Below, in pieces: positions 27,812 to 36,818 of a stretch of DNA of 64,000 nt; within the stretch, counting starts at the first letter, position 1, and each line of letters begins with the position of its first letter. The notes under the pieces are model-generated. The model saw only the letters and a program-made list of their open reading frames with translations, made no database searches and was not told the DNA's origin. The position numbers and the translations under genes are program-made. Origin of the DNA: Desulfobacterales bacterium (GTDB lineage: Bacteria; Desulfobacterota; Desulfobacteria; Desulfobacterales; UBA11574); assembly GCA_035529735.1 (NCBI GenBank), contig DATKWE010000023.1, forward strand, positions 332-64,331, read 5' to 3'.

Positions 27812-28408
27812 TTAGGGAAATGTCGCCTTGAAAGTGATCACCTGGGTCATACCGCCTGCTTCGAAAACTGCAGCACCGGCTTTTACATGAACGGGAACAG
27901 CGTATTCCGGAATTCCGGTCCACCATTTTTCAAGCTGATCCCAAGCGTTGGTTCCTTTGGCTTGCAACTGAAAGCCGCCGGTGACCAGAAGACTCAACAA
28001 AGACTGTCTCACATCAAAGTGAGCATGCACCCGGACTTGGTTGGTCTTGCCGGCAGGGATCCACATGGTGTCTGTGGAAGCCACCGTATTAAGATCGAAC
28101 TCTTCAAAAGCTACGGTGAACTTCAAGTTCTCCATTTTTACAGCATATTCATTGGGATTTTCAATGTTAAAGATAAACGCAAGGTCAAGGGGTGCGCCAA
28201 CGTTGTCCGGTTTCCCCTTGGTGGGTTCAACTTTATTTGAAAAATACCAGTATCCAAAAGCATGGGCAACTTCCATCGAATCGAGGGTAACCACCGGCGC
28301 CTTAAAATTCTGCTGCGTGGGCGTTACCATCGTTCCTGCGCAACCCGACAGCATGGCAGCGATGACGACAACACTCAAACATGTAAGTATAAATGATCTT
28401 TTATGCAT
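27812..28408 (-). CDS. Lipoprotein with a LEA14/LEA_2-like beta-sandwich (tentative)
   Basis: Lipobox MLSGC; 198 aa, beta-rich; 29 nt downstream of livF. Confidence 0.55.
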   Translation of the reverse strand: MHKRSFILTCLSVVVIAAMLSGCAGTMVTPTQQNFKAPVVTLDSMEVAHAFGYWYFSNKVEPTKGKPDNVGAPLDLAFIFNIENPNEYAVKMENLKFTVAFEEFDLNTVASTDTMWIPAGKTNQVRVHAHFDVRQSLLSLLVTGGFQLQAKGTNAWDQLEKWWTGIPEYAVPVHVKAGAAVFEAGGMTQVITFKATFP

Positions 28409-28437
28409 TTTATTCCTCCCCTATTTTATATAAAGGG

Positions 28438-29250
28438 TTAGGTAAGCCATCGTTTTCTTCGCTTGTAGTGTTTTACATCCCGAAAACTTTTACGGCCCCC
28501 AACATCGGTCAGTCCCAGATAGAAATCTTTGATATCTGGATTCTCTCGGAGTTTTTCGGCGGTGTCGTCCATGACTATGCGGCCGTTCTCCATCACATAG
28601 GCATAAGGAGCAACATTAAGGGCAAGTTTGGCATTCTGTTCCACCAGAAGAATCGATATGTCCTCTTCTTGGTTGAGTTTTTGTATAATATTGAAAATTT
28701 CATGGATGAGAAGCGGGGCCAGGCCCATGGAGGGCTCATCCAGGAGGATCAGTTTGGGACTGGTCATCAGGGCCCTCCCGACCACCGTCATCTGCTGCTC
28801 TCCGCCGCTGATAAACCCGGCGGTCTCGTTACGTTTTTCCTTAAGACGCGGGAAATAATGGTACACCATGTCGAGTCCGTCCCGAATGGATCGACCGTAT
28901 TTTCTCATATGAGCGCCCACTTTCAGGTTCTGCTCCACGGTGAGGTGCTCGAATACCCGTCGTCCCTCGATGACCTGGACGATGCCCATCTTGGCGATCT
29001 TTTCAGCGGCTGTTTTATCGATCCGCTGTCCCATGAATTCAATCGACCCATCGGTGACCTCGCCGTCCTCATGTCGCAAGAGTCCGGAAATGGCCTTTAG
29101 GGTCGTACTCTTACCGGCTCCATTGGCGCCCAGAAGGGCCACAATGGCACCTTTGGGAATTTCAATGGAGACCCCCTTTATAACCAGAATGACCTCGTGA
29201 TACTTGACCTCAATATTGTTGATCTGTAATATTATCTCTTTGTTCGACAA
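28438..29250 (-). CDS. livF: Liv-type ABC transporter ATPase, LivF-like
   Basis: Walker A GANGAGKST, signature SGGEQQM, Walker B LILLDEPS. Confidence 0.9.
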   Translation of the reverse strand: MSNKEIILQINNIEVKYHEVILVIKGVSIEIPKGAIVALLGANGAGKSTTLKAISGLLRHEDGEVTDGSIEFMGQRIDKTAAEKIAKMGIVQVIEGRRVFEHLTVEQNLKVGAHMRKYGRSIRDGLDMVYHYFPRLKEKRNETAGFISGGEQQMTVVGRALMTSPKLILLDEPSMGLAPLLIHEIFNIIQKLNQEEDISILLVEQNAKLALNVAPYAYVMENGRIVMDDTAEKLRENPDIKDFYLGLTDVGGRKSFRDVKHYKRRKRWLT

Positions 29251-29265
29251 AGCCTTAAGACCTCC

Positions 29266-30513
29266 TTACCATCCGAGCCACTCGTCGGCCCATTTCTTCG
29301 GCCAGCGACTTTTCAAATCGACTTTTTCAACGATTTGGAATTTGCCGTCTTTGATTTCATAAATCGGCACAATTCCGGCGACACGATGATCTGTTGCCGT
29401 AAAGTTAACCGGTGCTGCACCCAGACCGATGTCAAAATTTTTCATGGTTTCAAAACCGTTTTTCAGAATGTTCTCACCGCTTAAACCTCCGGCTTTATCC
29501 GCACGTTTTAATGCTTCCCATAAGATGAGTACGTCACCCCATCCCTGTACCGTATGATTGAGACGTTTTTCCAGAGGAACGCCCGGATTGTATTTTTTGG
29601 CATACTCGACCACCTTGTCCATCATCGGCACATCTTCGCCGAAGAATGCACAAACTGCAACGCCCATAACCCCTTCGGAAGCCTTGCCTGCCAATCTGGG
29701 CAGATTCTCGTCAAACCCCCAGTTATTGACAATGTGATCCGCTCCAAGACTTAAAGCATAGGCATCACGAACCGTGGCTGCCACAGACATGGTGGTGTTC
29801 CCGTGCCAGACGAGATCCGGGTTGAAATCTTTCATGGCCAGAACCTGACTTTTGGTATCGATGGCAAACAATGAAACAGACTGATCCGGTCCGATTTCAA
29901 AACCGAGAATCTCAGCCTGATCCTTTATGGCCTTGATCGGCGCACTGCAATAAGGAGAAGCAAACATGTAAGAACAGAGAAACCGCGGTTTTCTTTTTCC
30001 GAAATCTTTGTGCTTGGGCCATTTTTTATCAAACCAGGCTGTGATTGCCGCCCTGGCGTTGGTTGAATAATCGGTTGCAAAAAAAAGATTGTAAGGGGTC
30101 TTTTTAGGATCCGTCAGATGCGCTGAATAGGATGCGGACACATACGGTATTTTATCCTTGGTTATGGTCGGCGACAGTGCCTCGGTATCACCGGTCCCCC
30201 AGCCCAGAATGGCAACGCATTCGAGCCTTTTGAAGAGTTTGTATTTGGTCAGCGCCTCGGGGACACGATAGCCGTAGTCAAACTGATACAGCTTGATCTG
30301 CTTGCCGTTGACCCCGCCATTATCATTGACATAATGGATTGCTTCCGCAATGCCCAGGGCATAATCTTTGCCCACATCCGAGGTCGCTCCGGTCATGTCA
30401 TTGAGCGCGCCCACATTAATTTTTGCAGCTCCGGCCATTGATGAAAATCCAACAACCAAAGCCACAGTAAATATGACTACGAAAATCTTTGAACACATAT
30501 TTTTACCAAACAT
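29266..30513 (-). CDS. Periplasmic substrate-binding protein of a Liv-type ABC transporter
   Basis: 415 aa, signal peptide ending SSMAGA, Peripla_BP_6-like. Confidence 0.85.
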   Translation of the reverse strand: MFGKNMCSKIFVVIFTVALVVGFSSMAGAAKINVGALNDMTGATSDVGKDYALGIAEAIHYVNDNGGVNGKQIKLYQFDYGYRVPEALTKYKLFKRLECVAILGWGTGDTEALSPTITKDKIPYVSASYSAHLTDPKKTPYNLFFATDYSTNARAAITAWFDKKWPKHKDFGKRKPRFLCSYMFASPYCSAPIKAIKDQAEILGFEIGPDQSVSLFAIDTKSQVLAMKDFNPDLVWHGNTTMSVAATVRDAYALSLGADHIVNNWGFDENLPRLAGKASEGVMGVAVCAFFGEDVPMMDKVVEYAKKYNPGVPLEKRLNHTVQGWGDVLILWEALKRADKAGGLSGENILKNGFETMKNFDIGLGAAPVNFTATDHRVAGIVPIYEIKDGKFQIVEKVDLKSRWPKKWADEWLGW

Positions 30514-30721
30514 AATTTCTTTCCCCCTTTTAAGAGAGTAAAATTTCCACCGGGTTCCTTACCAATTCGCTGTCTACCTTTTTACCACCTCCTTTTTTTC
30601 TTTCATCCAATTCGAGCGTTTCAAATGGTGACATGCTCATATAAAATCGCTCAAATAAGGTGTCCATATCGTTAAACAGTTGAATGTAAGGTGCTCGAAC
30701 ACCCAACGTACCTTCTCGATT

Positions 30722-31822
30722 TTAATATGAAAACGGCCACAGGTTGAAATAGTTTTTCATTTGCCACCACCGATAGGCCAAACCGTTGGGTTCAAATATC
30801 ATAAACACACAGATGGCCAAACCAAAAACGGCCTCCTTGATAAACAGGAAGTCAACCAAAAGCTTGGGATAGATATCGGCCAGCGGTATGACGGCCAGCT
30901 GCAACATCTCCATGACGACGACCATGAACACCGCCCCGAATATGGTTCCGTGTATGGAACCGACCCCGCCGATGAGGATCACACCCACCAGCCACAGAGA
31001 CCAAAACCAGGGAAAGTGCTCGGGGCTTATGGCAGCAAGGTTGCTGATCCAGAATGCCCCCGCAACGCCCCCAATAAACCCTGCCACGTAAAAGGCCAGA
31101 AGTTTATACTTGATAACATTTATTCCCATGACCTCCGCAGAAATGTCATTGTCCCTTATGGCAATCCAGGCCCGGCCCACCCTGGACCTAATCAGATTGA
31201 GCACGCCGATGACACAAACAATCACCAAAACAAGCATCATGAAATAGACCTTAAGGTCACTGTCGATAATCCACGGTCCGACCTTGATGGTCCCCGGAGG
31301 CAAAGAAAAGGCCTGTCCCCGTCCGCCGATCTGGCTCACATATCCCGTAATAATAAAATCTACGGTGATGAACTGAGCGGCCATGGTGGTTAATATCAGA
31401 TAAAATCCTTTGACCCTGGCGCAAGGGAGTCCAAAGAGTACACTCCATGCGCCGGATACAATTGCCGCAATGAGGATGCTGATAGGATAGGCAAGACCCC
31501 AGTCCATCAATATTTTCGGCCAGGGAAACTCAAGGATAAGCAGGGTGCTGGTATATGCGCCCACCGCGATAAATGCTGCATGACCCAGGGTTATCTGACC
31601 GCAGAAGCCGATCAAAAGCTGTACGCCGATAGCACCGAGGATGGTATATCCAACCAAATTTAGGATGCTGAGCACATAAGAATCGGCCACCAGAGGAATG
31701 ATGACAAACAGGATGATTAAGAGCAGTATCATTTTGGCTTTGATAAATTTCGTCTGCCACCAGGCATGATCCTGAACATAATTTTGGTGGTAGACACCGC
31801 ATGGAAGCCAGGTTGTTGACAT
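30722..31822 (-). CDS. livM: Liv-type ABC transporter permease, LivM-like
   Basis: 366 aa with GFCGQITLGHAAFIAVGAY. Confidence 0.9.
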   Translation of the reverse strand: MSTTWLPCGVYHQNYVQDHAWWQTKFIKAKMILLLIILFVIIPLVADSYVLSILNLVGYTILGAIGVQLLIGFCGQITLGHAAFIAVGAYTSTLLILEFPWPKILMDWGLAYPISILIAAIVSGAWSVLFGLPCARVKGFYLILTTMAAQFITVDFIITGYVSQIGGRGQAFSLPPGTIKVGPWIIDSDLKVYFMMLVLVIVCVIGVLNLIRSRVGRAWIAIRDNDISAEVMGINVIKYKLLAFYVAGFIGGVAGAFWISNLAAISPEHFPWFWSLWLVGVILIGGVGSIHGTIFGAVFMVVVMEMLQLAVIPLADIYPKLLVDFLFIKEAVFGLAICVFMIFEPNGLAYRWWQMKNYFNLWPFSY

Positions 31823-31839
31823 AAAAAAACTCCGTTTTT

Positions 31840-31909
31840 GGGTTACGAGTTGCGGGTTACGGGTTGTGTTACAGTCCTTTTAACCCGTAACGCGTGACAC
31901 AAAACTCGC
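31840..31909 (-). repeat. Structured GC-rich intercistronic spacer (GGGTTACG direct repeats plus nested stems)
   Basis: GGGTTACG occurs at 31840 and 31854. GTTACGGGTT (31856-31865) pairs with AACCCGTAAC (31882-31891). The outer pair ACGAGTT (31845-31851)/AACTCGC (31903-31909) contains one G-U in the minus-strand RNA. Confidence 0.7.
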
Positions 31910-31916
31910 AACGCGG

Positions 31917-32801
31917 TTAGACGCGTTCAATCCGCTCCCATCCCCATAACCCATGGGGTTTGAAGAGCAGGAAGACCGCCATGAATGCAAAAGGGGCGAC
32001 CTCTTTTACACCGCCGGGGAAATATCTATCCAGATATGCCCCACAGAGGTTCTGTAATACGCCGATGGTAATTCCACCCACAATAGCGCCGGGTACGGAA
32101 TTTAGCCCCCCCAGCACCACCGCAGGGAGAACCAACAGACCAAGGTACCCCACGGATATGTTGAGCCCGTTGATGTTACCCAAAAGGGTCCCGCCGACAC
32201 CGGCCGCCATGAAAGCGATTGCCCAGGCTGCCGCATAGACGAATCTGGCACTCACGCCAAGGGAGAGCGCGGCCATCTCATCGTCGGCTGTGGCCTGCAT
32301 GGCAAGGCCCCACCGGGTATATTTAAAAAAGCAGACAAAAATGATTAAAAGAATGATGGCGGCCACAAAACTCCAAAGATACGCTTGACCAACAATGACG
32401 GGTCCTATGTGAATCGGCTCCATTGAAAATACCGGTGGGTCGAATACACGGGTATCCGTACCCCATATAAATTCCACCGTTCCTTTAAAGAAAAATGAAA
32501 GACCTACGGTTACCATAATCACCGTTAGAACGGGTTGGCCGATGAGCTTGTCCAGAAAAATCCTTTCGGTCAGTATCCCCAGAACCAGTCCTACAATCAG
32601 GGAAAGTAAAAGTGACAGTAAAAAGGGAATGCCCATTGAATAAAAGCTTAAGGAAACATAAGCCCCGATGAGCGTCAGTTCGCCCATGGCCAGATTCAGC
32701 ACACCGGAACATTTATATATCAACACCCATCCAAGGGCGACCAGAGCATAGATGCCGCCAACCATAATGCCCGTGGTAACGGTCATCAAAAAAAGTTCCA
32801 T
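31917..32801 (-). CDS. livH: Liv-type ABC transporter permease, LivH-like
   Basis: 294-aa polytopic permease. Confidence 0.9.
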   Translation of the reverse strand: MELFLMTVTTGIMVGGIYALVALGWVLIYKCSGVLNLAMGELTLIGAYVSLSFYSMGIPFLLSLLLSLIVGLVLGILTERIFLDKLIGQPVLTVIMVTVGLSFFFKGTVEFIWGTDTRVFDPPVFSMEPIHIGPVIVGQAYLWSFVAAIILLIIFVCFFKYTRWGLAMQATADDEMAALSLGVSARFVYAAAWAIAFMAAGVGGTLLGNINGLNISVGYLGLLVLPAVVLGGLNSVPGAIVGGITIGVLQNLCGAYLDRYFPGGVKEVAPFAFMAVFLLFKPHGLWGWERIERV

Positions 32802-32826
32802 TTTCTGTTCTACCTTTCCATCGATG

Positions 32827-34809
32827 TTATGGGTTATGGTCCAAAGGTTCTATCTTTCTAATGTGAAGATCGATGTTAATGTGTGCCTGTCTCCCGTCTT
32901 CATACCTGACCGTGGTATCGATATGCACGTTATCATCGTCAGAATAGAGGGCGTCCACAATTTCCTGATACCTTTTCTCAACAAAAGCCCGCCGAAGTTT
33001 GCGCGTTCGTGTAAGTTCATCATCATCTGCATCGAATTCCTTGTAAAGGTTGATGAACTTTTTGACTCTGGCGGCTTCCGGGAGATCATTGTTGGCCTGA
33101 CGTATCTGCGCTTCCACCAGGTTGTAGACGTCGGGAATCTGGGATAGTTCCTGATAGCTCGTATAATTGATCTTTTTTTCATCCGCCCATTTGCCCGCCA
33201 CGGCGTAATCGATACAGATGACTGCGGTGACATATTCCCGCTGGTCTCCGATGACCCATGAATCTCTCACATATGGGCTGAATTTCATGCGGGTTTCCAG
33301 ATACTGGGGAGAGAAAGGTTTTCCGTCTCTAAGGGTAAAGACGTCCTTGGTACGATCAAAGACAACCAGGTGACCGTCATCATCGATAAACCCTTTGTCA
33401 CCGGAGTACAACCACCCGTCCTTCAGGGTCTCTTTGTCCGCTTCCGGGTTTTTATAATAACCCAGAAAAACCGACGGGCTTCGGGTAAGAATCTCTCCTT
33501 CTTCGGTGATCTTTATTTCCGTTTCCGGGATCGGATGGCCCACGGTATCAAATTTTATGTCTCCGGAGCGATGCACCACCGAAATTCCGGCGACTTCGGT
33601 CTGACCGTAAATCTGTTTGAGATTGACCCCAAGGGCATGAAAAAAACGAAAGTGGTCCGGCCCCATGGCCGCCCCGCCGGTATAGGCATTTCGGACACGA
33701 GACAGACCGAGATGATCTTTAACTTTATTCTGGACCGTAATCGATGCCAACCATCCCAAAAATGCCCAGTACCAAGGTATGGTTTTTTTCTGAAACTTAA
33801 GATCTGCCACATGATAACCGATCTTGGTGGAGAACTCATAGCATTTCCGTTTGATCCAGGTGGAATCCAAATACTTAACCTGGACTGTCCGGGTCATCTG
33901 CTCGTACATCCGCGGAGGGGCGAACATCACATGGGGGCCGATTTCTCTGATATTATCCTGAGCGGTTTCAGACGCCTCGGGGAAATTGATGGTGTATCCC
34001 ACCTGTAGACCGCAGGAGATCGACATCATCTGTTCTCCGATCCAGGCAAAGGGGAGATAAGAGACATAATCATCCGTAGGCCTGCAAGGATCCACAGCCA
34101 TGAGGTGCTGGCCCATGGTCAACATGTTATTGTGGGAAAGGAGTGCGCCTTTGGGGCGTGAGGTGGTTCCGGAAGTATAAAACAGTAGAGCTACTTCGTC
34201 TCCGTGGCCTTTATCGATCATCTCTTTGAATAACTGCGGCTGTTGTTGTTCCAGTTCCCGGCCCAGCTCCTGAACTTCCGTGAGGCTGATCAGATAGTCT
34301 TCATTATAGTTTCGCATCCCTTTTGGATCATCCCAGATAATCTTTTTCAGCCTGGGACATTCATTAAAAATAGAGATGGCCTTGTCTACTTCCTCTTGAC
34401 CTTCACCGAATATAAATTTGGTGTCTGAATGGTCAATGATATACTTGACTTCCTCGATCAAGGAGTCCTGGAACAGCCATACACCCACACCTCTGGCACA
34501 AAGCGCGGCCATTTCCGCCCAAAGACCTTCCGGGCGATTGTCCCCGATCATGGCGACCTTGTCCCCTTCTTCGAGGCCTAAACGAACGAGACCCAGCGCC
34601 AAATATTTGACATTTTCCAAATAATCATGCCAGGTAATGGGCCGCCATATGCCAAACTCCTTCTCCCGCATGACCACCCTGCCCTTTCCGTATTCGGTGG
34701 CTTTTTCATAAAATAATTTGGGGATGGTCAGATCTTTTGTAACTTCAATATGGTATTTGCTGTTATTCTGATCTGTTTTATCTTCTTGTTGCATAGAGGT
34801 CCTCATCAC
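32827..34809 (-). CDS. Long (660 aa) AMP-forming acyl-CoA synthetase embedded in the ABC operon
   Basis: YTSGTTSRPKGA, YGQTEVAG, SGDKGFIDDDGHLVVFDRTKD. It overlaps livG by 32 nt. Confidence 0.85.
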   Translation of the reverse strand: MMRTSMQQEDKTDQNNSKYHIEVTKDLTIPKLFYEKATEYGKGRVVMREKEFGIWRPITWHDYLENVKYLALGLVRLGLEEGDKVAMIGDNRPEGLWAEMAALCARGVGVWLFQDSLIEEVKYIIDHSDTKFIFGEGQEEVDKAISIFNECPRLKKIIWDDPKGMRNYNEDYLISLTEVQELGRELEQQQPQLFKEMIDKGHGDEVALLFYTSGTTSRPKGALLSHNNMLTMGQHLMAVDPCRPTDDYVSYLPFAWIGEQMMSISCGLQVGYTINFPEASETAQDNIREIGPHVMFAPPRMYEQMTRTVQVKYLDSTWIKRKCYEFSTKIGYHVADLKFQKKTIPWYWAFLGWLASITVQNKVKDHLGLSRVRNAYTGGAAMGPDHFRFFHALGVNLKQIYGQTEVAGISVVHRSGDIKFDTVGHPIPETEIKITEEGEILTRSPSVFLGYYKNPEADKETLKDGWLYSGDKGFIDDDGHLVVFDRTKDVFTLRDGKPFSPQYLETRMKFSPYVRDSWVIGDQREYVTAVICIDYAVAGKWADEKKINYTSYQELSQIPDVYNLVEAQIRQANNDLPEAARVKKFINLYKEFDADDDELTRTRKLRRAFVEKRYQEIVDALYSDDDNVHIDTTVRYEDGRQAHINIDLHIRKIEPLDHNP

Positions 34810-35599
34810 CCAGGTAGGCCTTAATCACCTCAGGATGATTCTGGACTTCCTCAGGTGTACCGTCGATAATCATGTTGCCGAAATTGAGAACAAAAACATG
34901 ATCGGAAAGATCCATAACCACACCCATGTCATGCTCTACCAGAATACAGGTGACTTTCCAGCGTTCTTCTTCATTAATGTCTATTACAAAGCGGGCCATG
35001 TCCTCCACTTCTTCGAGATTGAGTCCGGCCAGTGGTTCATCCAGAATTAATAGTTCAGGGTCCAGAGCCAGTGCCCGGCCGAGTTCCACACGTTTCTGCA
35101 GTCCATACGGCAGCATCCCCACAGGTTTATGCCGGATATGTTGAATCTCCAAGAGATCGATGATCTCTTCCTCAATAAAGTTTCGGTGTTCGATCTCTTC
35201 CCGGGCGGTTTTGCCGACATATATGGATCCGCTGATAATGCCTGATTTTAAATGGATATGTCGTCCCAGACGAATGTTATCCAATACCGTCATACCGCCG
35301 AAAACCTCGACTTTCTGAAACGTTCTCGCAATACCCAATTCAGCACGCTGAAAAGGCCTGAGTTTGTCGATTTTTTTTTGTTTGTAATAGATATTCCCCT
35401 GTTGCGGGGTATAAAGACCGTTGATAATATTCATCATCACCGTTTTGCCGGCGCCGTTGGGCCCGATTACAGAATGTATCTCACCTTTTCTTATTTTCAG
35501 TTTAACGCCGGCGAGGGCACATACTTTGCCGAAAAACATATGGACATCCTCGAGTTCCAACAGGACGTCATTTTCTTTTAGATCGTCTGATGCTGCCAA
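34778..35599 (-). CDS. livG: Liv-type ABC transporter ATPase, LivG-like
   Basis: Walker A GPNGAGKT, Walker B LLILDEPLAG. TTG start with SD GAAGGTGA. Confidence 0.9.
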   Translation of the reverse strand: MAASDDLKENDVLLELEDVHMFFGKVCALAGVKLKIRKGEIHSVIGPNGAGKTVMMNIINGLYTPQQGNIYYKQKKIDKLRPFQRAELGIARTFQKVEVFGGMTVLDNIRLGRHIHLKSGIISGSIYVGKTAREEIEHRNFIEEEIIDLLEIQHIRHKPVGMLPYGLQKRVELGRALALDPELLILDEPLAGLNLEEVEDMARFVIDINEEERWKVTCILVEHDMGVVMDLSDHVFVLNFGNMIIDGTPEEVQNHPEVIKAYLGDEDLYATRR

Positions 35600-35930
35600 T
35601 ATTTTTCACCTTCACTGATACAATCGAAAAAAATAAATTCCTATCCGGTGGCGTTCGTTCTCCTCCGTCCACAGCGGAATAGAAATTCCGAAAAATTTAA
35701 CAGGTGTTCATTCTCAAAAAAGAGTTTCGAAAACCTATTTTCTGAATATCATTCATTTTTAATCAAGAGATAATATAAATATTTTCAATTATTCAAGTAA
35801 AAATCCGCTCAATCTACGAATTCAGAAAATAAATTTTTCAATTCATGATTCCGATCTGCCGAAGTTTGGATAAAAAATGGGGATGCATTTTTGAACATCC
35901 CCAAACGGAGGCGTCTTTGGGTAATCACCC

Positions 35931-36115
35931 GGCGCCATTTCAAAACCTTCCGGCGAGAGATTTTTGACGCTTTTGCCGAAAAGTGCTTAGCAAAGCGTCG
36001 CATAAAATTTTGTGCTGTTTGAGGGTAATCGCCCGAGTTCTAAGAATTTATCACAGCGAGCTTAGCGCTTTGCAAAAGGCTCAAACCAACGAATGGGAGG
36101 TTTTGAAATGGCGCC
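35931..36115. repeat. 185-bp imperfect palindrome abutting the LOG stop codon
   Basis: The terminal arms GGCGCCATTTCAAAACCT (35931-35948) and AGGTTTTGAAATGGCGCC (36098-36115) are perfect 18-mers. The inner halves remain recognisably inverted copies (GCTTTTGC...AAAGTGCTTAGC versus GCTTAGCGCTTT.GCAAAAGG). Confidence 0.85.
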
Positions 36116-36765
36116 TACAAAATAATTACTTTCTGTACGGCTTTGACAATTTCTTCAGGGTCATCCATGATCTGCAGAATTTCAAGATCTTCCGAAGATA
36201 TCCGTTTTTCACCAAGCAACTTGTCTTTTATCCAGTCGATAAGCCCTGCCCAGTATTCCGAGCCCACCAGAATTAACGGAAAAGGCTTTATGCGACGGGT
36301 TTGAATCAGCGTGACCGCTTCAAACAGTTCATCCAGGGTGCCGAAACCACCGGGAAGGATAATATAGGCACTGGCATATTTGATGAACATGACTTTGCGG
36401 ATAAAAAAGTATTTAAAGTCGAGTTTAACATTTGCAAAAGGATTCGGTTCCTGCTCAAACGGAAGAATAATATTCAGCCCAACCGATGTGCCCCCTGCAT
36501 CTGCGGCACCCTTGTTGGCTGCTTCCATAACACCTCCGCCCCCGCCGGTGATAACAGAAAAGCCGTTTTTTGCAAAAAGCTCCGCTATTTCTTGAGCTTT
36601 CTTATAAACAGCATCATTCGGTTTAATTCTTGCCGAACCGAAGATGCTCACGGCAGGCCCTAAATCATGGAGGGTATCCACCCCTTCAACAAACTCTCCC
36701 ATGATCTTGAAAAGCCGCCAGGGTTCCCCTAGCGTTAAATCGTCAACAACAAACTGTTTTTCCAT
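36115..36765 (-). CDS. LOG-family (TIGR00730-type) nucleotide phosphoribohydrolase
   Basis: GGGGGVMEAANKGA and PGGFGTLDELFE motifs. Start moved to ATG 36765 (MEKQFVVDD...). Confidence 0.85.
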   Translation of the reverse strand: MEKQFVVDDLTLGEPWRLFKIMGEFVEGVDTLHDLGPAVSIFGSARIKPNDAVYKKAQEIAELFAKNGFSVITGGGGGVMEAANKGAADAGGTSVGLNIILPFEQEPNPFANVKLDFKYFFIRKVMFIKYASAYIILPGGFGTLDELFEAVTLIQTRRIKPFPLILVGSEYWAGLIDWIKDKLLGEKRISSEDLEILQIMDDPEEIVKAVQKVIIL

Positions 36766-36818
36766 TTTTATCCGCGACTCACTTTGATATCGACATACAG
36801 CCGACAGGCCTAAACTGC

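Noticed and set aside
30530-30667. 45-aa minus-strand ORF (MDTLFERFYMSMSPFETLELDERKKGGGKKVD...) in the 208-nt livM-SBP spacer.
   Set aside because: It has no SD, no hydrophobic or Cys pattern, and low-complexity content. It is more likely a spacer carrying an internal promoter or SD-like tract for the SBP gene.
35600-35930. Sigma-54 (TGGCAC-N5-TTGC) promoter or leader peptide upstream of the livG operon, by analogy with the paaK leader.
   Set aside because: I found no GG/GC-spaced match on the minus strand. The only small ORF (19 aa, MNDIQKIGFRNSFLRMNTC) shows no amino-acid bias or associated alternative hairpins.
35809-36276. Track ORFs 35809-36003 (minus) and 35983-36276 (plus).
   Set aside because: Both are translations of the two arms of the 185-bp palindrome (shared VLKWR). 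The plus-strand ORF also runs antisense into the LOG gene.
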